Below, one piece after another: positions 35,192 through 40,645 of a stretch of DNA of 40,645 bases (the first letter of the stretch is position 1; each line of letters begins with the position of its first letter). Position numbers and translations under genes: made by a program. Source of the stretch: an uncultured bacterium. Lineage in GTDB: Bacteria; B130-G9. The stretch spans positions 1 through 40,645 of the forward strand of contig CBDVDH010000035.1 in the NCBI GenBank assembly GCA_965372715.1, given 5' to 3'. The notes under the pieces were generated by a model that was not told the DNA's origin, did not search any database, and was given only the letters and a program-made list of their open reading frames with translations.

Positions 35192-36952
35192 TTATGGCCA
35201 ATCCACGCGGAATTTGCGTGACAGACACGCAGAAATGGGGGACAGCGTCCCAGCGTGGTTGATCAGGACACCGAATTTAAAGAAGTGGGGGTAGGGATAT
35301 GATCGCTCGGCAACCTCGAACTCGAACACGACCTCCGGCCCATATACGAAGCCTTCTGGAATCACGAAGTCCGAAAGCCACGGTTTGAACTTCTTGTCTA
35401 TCCGCTCTGGAGTGATGTAGCAATTCATTCCCTGGCTCCGGAAAAACACCACCAGATAAACGTCAACGCAGACTTCTTGTCCGAGGTTCTGCCCCTCCAG
35501 TGACAGCGTTATGCGGTCCCCGGGTTGAAAGGGACCTCCGTTGACGGCGCACTTGCTCTCGAACTTGGCGTAGGGTAACTCCGGCGTGTAATGGAAGCCC
35601 ATATCAACCGGGGGCTGATCAGGTTCCTCATCACTTCTGGTCGTGAGATTCCTGGGTATCTCATGATTGACAAAAACAGCGCCTGCATCGATACACGGAC
35701 TATCGACATCTTGGCCGGCGTCGCGTGAGGAGAGATAGAGACTACCCTGTGGACCAGCTACAAACAGAGGGTCATCTGAGATGTTCCCCTCGCCGCCCAG
35801 AGACCAATCCCTGATGCAGGAGTAACGCGGTGTCGCGACCAGGTAGGGGGCATGGAAGTCACATGCTTCAAGGGCGCTGTTACCCCAGATGATGCTGCTC
35901 TCGATGCCAGAGTAGAAGCCCCCATGATACACGCCTCCGCCCTTTAGTCCTGCCCTATTACCAACAATCGTGCAGTTCCCAAATGTAATGCCAGTGTAGT
36001 TAAACGGAGCGTAAACCCCACCTCCGTTCTCGTAAGCCTCATTGTAGGCTATGAGACAGTTGGTCGCGTGGGATGACCTGTCACACTTCCACAAGCCCCC
36101 TCCATTCTCCGCTGTATTCCCTACGATTGCGCAATTGAAGAGATCAGTCTGGGAGCATGCCACCCCCCCGCCCTGGTTATAGCTGATCAGACAGTTTGAG
36201 ATTATGGTCTCGCGGCAAATAACGCCCGTCCCGGAGTTACCAGTAACAGTGCAATTGAACATGATCCCACTGATCATTACGACACCCGTCCCGGAGTTGT
36301 CGCGAATGATACAGTTGCTCATTACCCCATCACCCCAACTCATCCCATTGCACTTGTTGTCTCTAATGAGGCACTCTGTGATAATCGCATGGCACTCGGA
36401 GACAGCTGCTCTATCCGAGTAAAGGCTAGCGTTGAGGATTTCGTTCTCCGCAATGACGCAATTACTGATCACGCCAGAGCAACCATCCATCCCCGCGCCG
36501 TTTGACAGCCTCCCAGTGCCTACATTCCTGCTGATAATACAGTTCCGTACACTGCATTCAGCGTCCTGGCCGTTGATTCCCGCCCCCCTTCCGGCTGTCT
36601 CACCATTCGTGATCGTGAAGCCGGAGAGCTCGCAGGTCTCATCCTCGGTGCCGGCGAACGTGACCACCGAGCCGCTCTCCATTCCATCGATAATTGTGCT
36701 CTCAACACACTCTCGGTCCTCGGGATCGACGGATCGGAGCACGATGTTCTTGCCGAGAAAGTGGATGTTCTCGTAGAACGTGCCCGGATGCACAATGATG
36801 GTGTCACCATCCACTGCGGCATCGATCGCCTCCTGAATGACCGCAAAATCCCCCGTCCCATCGAGCTTCACCTGATACTCCGCCGCGTAGGTTTGTGAAG
36901 TTATGAAAAGTAAAGCCGACAAAACCCCAAGAACAACGACCACAAACCTCAT
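35192..36952 (-). CDS. Secreted right-handed parallel beta-helix repeat protein
   Basis: Signal peptide, IQEAIDAA.DGD.I.V.PGT, repeated NC.I..N, GNI..DPLFV, SPCIDAG, DMG. Confidence 0.88.
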   Translation of the reverse strand: MRFVVVVLGVLSALLFITSQTYAAEYQVKLDGTGDFAVIQEAIDAAVDGDTIIVHPGTFYENIHFLGKNIVLRSVDPEDRECVESTIIDGMESGSVVTFAGTEDETCELSGFTITNGETAGRGAGINGQDAECSVRNCIISRNVGTGRLSNGAGMDGCSGVISNCVIAENEILNASLYSDRAAVSECHAIITECLIRDNKCNGMSWGDGVMSNCIIRDNSGTGVVMISGIMFNCTVTGNSGTGVICRETIISNCLISYNQGGGVACSQTDLFNCAIVGNTAENGGGLWKCDRSSHATNCLIAYNEAYENGGGVYAPFNYTGITFGNCTIVGNRAGLKGGGVYHGGFYSGIESSIIWGNSALEACDFHAPYLVATPRYSCIRDWSLGGEGNISDDPLFVAGPQGSLYLSSRDAGQDVDSPCIDAGAVFVNHEIPRNLTTRSDEEPDQPPVDMGFHYTPELPYAKFESKCAVNGGPFQPGDRITLSLEGQNLGQEVCVDVYLVVFFRSQGMNCYITPERIDKKFKPWLSDFVIPEGFVYGPEVVFEFEVAERSYPYPHFFKFGVLINHAGTLSPISACLSRKFRVDWP

Positions 36953-37377
36953 AATCCAAACCTCCTAACTCCTCCCTAGTGTTCTCCTGGGCCAAATGCG
37001 CCAGCTAGAAAGCTTCCAAGAGATTACATCGATTCTCGTAAGGCTTCAAGGCCCCTCTAAATGACCGCGCCAAACTCCATGCGTCATGCCAGTTGTGCCG
37101 GCTCCCACGCTGTCCTGTTGCAGCCGACGGTTATTGGCAGGGGCAAATACACAAGCTAGAAGGGGCAGTTCCCGGCTGTGCCATCATAGAGTTTCTCGGT
37201 ATAAACATCTCTTGTCAGTGCTTTTCTTGCAGCGAGGAGAGCTTGACCCAACGATGCCGTTGCAGATTACTTTGATGCGTCTATTGCTCTTGATTGCGGT
37301 CTCTTCGCCTCAAGATCGCGCCGCTTGTAAAACCTGTCCTTGAGACTTACAGTCTTTTCAGACAACTATGAGGCTCG

Positions 37378-38229
37378 ATGGAGATGAGTAACCAGCGATT
37401 CTTGGCTGTATGTGGTCTTGTTGTTACGGTTGGTCTGGGCCTTTTGCTCCTCCCAACAGCGATTCTGGCGGAGGGTGAGGAGGGCCCGAGTGGCTGGAAC
37501 ACTGGGGCGGCCGCAGGGCAGGCCGGGGTAGAAGGCGCCGCGTCCGACTCTGGGCTTCTGCCGCCGAAGCAGGGCATCTTTCAGCAGGCTGGAGCCGCTC
37601 TTTCGGGCGTGTTTGGCGACGTTCTTTCCACATTCAACGTCTTGCTGGGCAAGCCCATGCAGGTGGTATTGGCCACAATGGCTGTTGCGCTGCTTTTTCT
37701 CTTTTTCGGATGGCGGATATACAGGATAACGCTCGTTGTGTTCGGGCTTCTGCTCGGGGCCGCGCTTGGGTTCTCTTTGGGTGAGTGGGTGTGTATCAGG
37801 TTCACGATCGACTCCGTGACGCTGCCGTTGGCATTTGCCGTTGTGTTGGGGCTTTTGCTGGGCAGTCTCGCGGTTCCGTTCGTCAAGCTGACGGTTTTCA
37901 TTTTCTGCGGCCTTTTTGGCGCGGTCTTTGTCTCTTATCTCTGCGAGCGGTTGGGTCTTGGCTCCTCGGTACTTTGGACTTTTGCGTCTTTTGTTATACT
38001 AGGATTGCTTTCAGTTTCGTTAATACGACATGCTATGATACTGTTTACGTCTCTTTCAGGCTCGTATTTGCTGGTGGCCGGGGCCGTGGCAGTGCTTTAT
38101 AGCCTGAGGGGGATTTTGATCGGCAGCAGGATGGACCTTGTTTGGCCGATGATAGCCTGGATTGTGTTGTTTCTGTGGGGGGTTCGCGCCCAGGCCTCAA
38201 AAGCTGCGGAGAAGAAGCACGGCAGCTAA
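37378..38229 (+). CDS. DUF4203/TMEM198-like membrane protein
   Basis: FFGWRIYR...G...G, TSLSGS, Gly-rich TM helices. Confidence 0.75.
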   Translation: MEMSNQRFLAVCGLVVTVGLGLLLLPTAILAEGEEGPSGWNTGAAAGQAGVEGAASDSGLLPPKQGIFQQAGAALSGVFGDVLSTFNVLLGKPMQVVLATMAVALLFLFFGWRIYRITLVVFGLLLGAALGFSLGEWVCIRFTIDSVTLPLAFAVVLGLLLGSLAVPFVKLTVFIFCGLFGAVFVSYLCERLGLGSSVLWTFASFVILGLLSVSLIRHAMILFTSLSGSYLLVAGAVAVLYSLRGILIGSRMDLVWPMIAWIVLFLWGVRAQASKAAEKKHGS

Positions 38230-38274
38230 TCGTGGTTGTCGTGCCATCATTATAAACGGGAGGTTTTTAGCTGT

Positions 38275-40645
38275 ATGGCGAATGTTGAGGATTTGAAACC
38301 TAACCAAGAGGAAAAGCCCGTGGACGAGGATAGCCCGGGTTCTCCAGAAGAACCGGCGGCCAGTTCAGATTCTCTGGCTGAACCGGAGCCCGAAGAAGAC
38401 GAGGACGAGTCTTCGGAGGAGGCTCAGACCGAACCGAGTGTCGCTCCGAGCTTTATGGCTGAGCAGATGTTTTTGGAAGACGAGGAAGAGGCGGAGGAGG
38501 ACTATCTGCGCGATTCGGAAGATGAGCCGGAGCTCGACCGCGAGGTTCTGGAGAAGCTCTACGATGACACGATGAAGGACCTGAAGGAAGGCAACGTCGT
38601 CACCGGGTTGATCATTGAAGTTGATGATTCGAGCGTTCTTGTCGATATCGGTTATAAGTCTGAGGGGATTGTGCAGCGTCAGGAGCTTGAGGAGAGCCTC
38701 TTCCCAGTTAAGGCAGAGGTCGGTCAAAAGGTCGAAGTCGTTCTGGAAGCGATAGAGAATCAGGACGGCCGGGTTCTGCTGTCAAAGCGCAGAGCAGATC
38801 GACTGAAGTTCTGGGATGAACTCAGGAATAAGTTTCAGAACAACGAACCCATTGACGGGACCATCATCAGCCGCAAGCGAGGCGGATACACGGTCGATAT
38901 CGAAGGCATTAAGGCCTTCTTGCCGGGCTCTCAGCTTGACCTACATCCAGTTCGGAATATGGACGAGTTTGTCGGATGTACGTATCCGATGAAGATACTC
39001 AGCCTTCAGGTTGAGGGCACGCACAGAAACATCGTCCTGTCGCGGCGTGCCGTGCTCGAGGCGGACCTGAAGGACCGGATTGAGGCGACGCTAGCGAAGC
39101 TTCAGGAAGGCCGGATCGTCAAGGGCATCGTCAAGAACATCACTGACTGGGGCGTCTTCATAGACCTCGGCGGCATAGATGGCCTTCTGCATCGGACAGA
39201 CATCTCGTGGGGCCGGACAGAGCACCCGTCGCAGTATTTCAAGGTCGGCGACGAGGTGGAGGTGATAATTCTCCGGTTTGACAGGGAGCGGAATCAGGTC
39301 TCCCTCGGGTATAAGCAGAGGACGCCGGACCCGTGGCAGCACGTTGAGGAGCGATATTATGAGGGCGCCAGGATTAAGGGGCGTGTGGTTAGCTTGAAGC
39401 AATATGGCGCGTTCGTGGAGCTTGAGGAGAGCGTGCAAGGGCTATTGCATGTGTCCGAGATGTCTTGGACCAAGCGGATTGAGCACCCCTCGCAGCTCAT
39501 AACCGAGGGCGAGATGATTGATGTGGTCGTCCTGCGGGTTGACGCGGCCGAGCGAAAGATCTCGCTTGGACTGAAGCAGTTGACAGAGGACCCCTGGAAG
39601 CAGATCGCCGACGTGTATCCCGTTGGGTCCGGGGTCAGCGGGATAGTCCGTGAGATAAGCAACATTGGGGCCAAGGTGGAGATTGATGAGGACATAATTG
39701 GGTTCTTGCACAGAAGCAACATCACATGGAGCAGGCACATGCGCCATCCCGGTGACGTGCTCGAACTCGGAGACCCGCTCGACCTCGTTGTGCTTGAGGC
39801 AGACCCCGAGTCTCACAAGCTATCGCTGGGACTGAAGCAGATTAAAACCGATCCGTGGGAAGGCATTGAGCAGGACCTTAAGCCCGATATGGTTATCTCC
39901 GGTCGGGTCATAAACATCCTTGATTTTGGCGCCTTTGTCGAGGTCCGTCCTGGTGTTGAGGGCCTCGTCCATATCTCTGAGATAGCGAGCAAGCGGCTAG
40001 GCCACCCTGGCCAGGTTCTTGACCAAGACCAGGCAGTGCGGATCAAGGTCATCTCGGTCAATGAACAGGACCACCGCCTAAGCCTCAGTATCCGGGAATG
40101 CCTCGACGAGGCCGAAGAACAAGAAATGCTTGAGAAGCTCAAGAGGGCGCAGGAGCGAGAGGCGGCTAGATCAGCGGCCGCTAAGCAGCAAAAAGAAACG
40201 AAAGAGGCAAGGAAAGCAAGGGAGCCAAAAGAGGTCCCGCCGGAGCCGCCTAGCGAGGATATCGAGCAAGAGAAGGCAGAAGCTCCAGAGGCTCCCGAGC
40301 TCGAGCCTTCCGAGCCCGAAGTCGCCCTCCAGCAGGCAAAGCCAGGGGAGCCGGCGCAGCAAGAAGTCGAGCGACCGGAAGAAGTCACCGCTGAGCAGCC
40401 GGTAGAGCCTGAGCAGCCGGCGGAAACTGAACCGACACCGGCGCCAGAACCAGTTGCGGGAGAAGAGGCTGAGCCTGAACCAGCTCCTGAACCGGCGCCA
40501 GAGGCGGTCGAGGCTGGAGGCGCGGAGGCGGTCGAGGCTGGAGGCGCGGAGGCGGTCGAGGCTGAGCAACCAGCTCCGCCCGAGCTGGCCTCAGAGCCGG
40601 CGCCAGAACCAGAACCTGTTGAGGCAGAGGGACCCGAGGAGGCGC
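38275..40645 (+). CDS. rpsA: 30S ribosomal protein S1, 3'-partial, with long acidic extensions (absent from the ORF track because there is no stop in the window)
   Basis: GGAGG RBS; VLVDIGYKSEG, AFLPGSQ, VKNITDWGVFIDLGGIDGLLH, YGAFVEL, FGAFVEV..GVEGLVHISE; six S1 domains. Confidence 0.95.
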   Translation, partial: MANVEDLKPNQEEKPVDEDSPGSPEEPAASSDSLAEPEPEEDEDESSEEAQTEPSVAPSFMAEQMFLEDEEEAEEDYLRDSEDEPELDREVLEKLYDDTMKDLKEGNVVTGLIIEVDDSSVLVDIGYKSEGIVQRQELEESLFPVKAEVGQKVEVVLEAIENQDGRVLLSKRRADRLKFWDELRNKFQNNEPIDGTIISRKRGGYTVDIEGIKAFLPGSQLDLHPVRNMDEFVGCTYPMKILSLQVEGTHRNIVLSRRAVLEADLKDRIEATLAKLQEGRIVKGIVKNITDWGVFIDLGGIDGLLHRTDISWGRTEHPSQYFKVGDEVEVIILRFDRERNQVSLGYKQRTPDPWQHVEERYYEGARIKGRVVSLKQYGAFVELEESVQGLLHVSEMSWTKRIEHPSQLITEGEMIDVVVLRVDAAERKISLGLKQLTEDPWKQIADVYPVGSGVSGIVREISNIGAKVEIDEDIIGFLHRSNITWSRHMRHPGDVLELGDPLDLVVLEADPESHKLSLGLKQIKTDPWEGIEQDLKPDMVISGRVINILDFGAFVEVRPGVEGLVHISEIASKRLGHPGQVLDQDQAVRIKVISVNEQDHRLSLSIRECLDEAEEQEMLEKLKRAQEREAARSAAAKQQKETKEARKAREPKEVPPEPPSEDIEQEKAEAPEAPELEPSEPEVALQQAKPGEPAQQEVERPEEVTAEQPVEPEQPAETEPTPAPEPVAGEEAEPEPAPEPAPEAVEAGGAEAVEAGGAEAVEAEQPAPPELASEPAPEPEPVEAEGPEEA
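40501..40563 (+). repeat. 24-nt coding tandem repeat (EAVEAGGA x2.6) in the S1 tail
   Basis: GAGGCGGTCGAGGCTGGAGGCGCG twice plus 15 nt. Confidence 0.9.

Noticed and set aside
37075-37100. Possible sigma54 promoter TGGCATG on the minus strand
   Set aside because: The -12 element reads ATGG rather than TTGC, which is too weak.
38365-40569. Minus-strand ORFs over the right end
   Set aside because: They are antisense to rpsA, which occupies the plus strand continuously.

Overview
Chromosomal segment of a fairly GC-rich diderm bacterium (it encodes an LptD-like protein); I cannot assign the lineage. Housekeeping genes are gatC, a DnaC-like ATPase, recA, long-form glucose-1-phosphate thymidylyltransferase, lptD, accD and a partial rpsA, mixed with envelope glycosyltransferases and secreted proteins. 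Accessory features: (1) At the left end, a head-to-tail array of at least three ~1.5-kb DNA methyltransferase/Mrr-like genes whose ends are identical or nearly so, while the central target-recognition segments of the two complete copies are highly divergent. (2) An island at 8.77-11.61 kb with three toxin-less antitoxin-like genes around a structured promoter-to-terminator leader and a three-gene module (unknown protein, DUF5678-like protein, retropepsin-like aspartyl protease). (3) A solitary Type IIG/ISP-like restriction-modification fusion. (4) Several palindromic intergenic repeat families, including a ~220-bp four-hairpin element in two covarying copies, one nested inside a GTAG-REP pair. 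I found no rRNA, tRNA, CRISPR array or transposase. All family calls come from motif recognition by eye, not from database searches.
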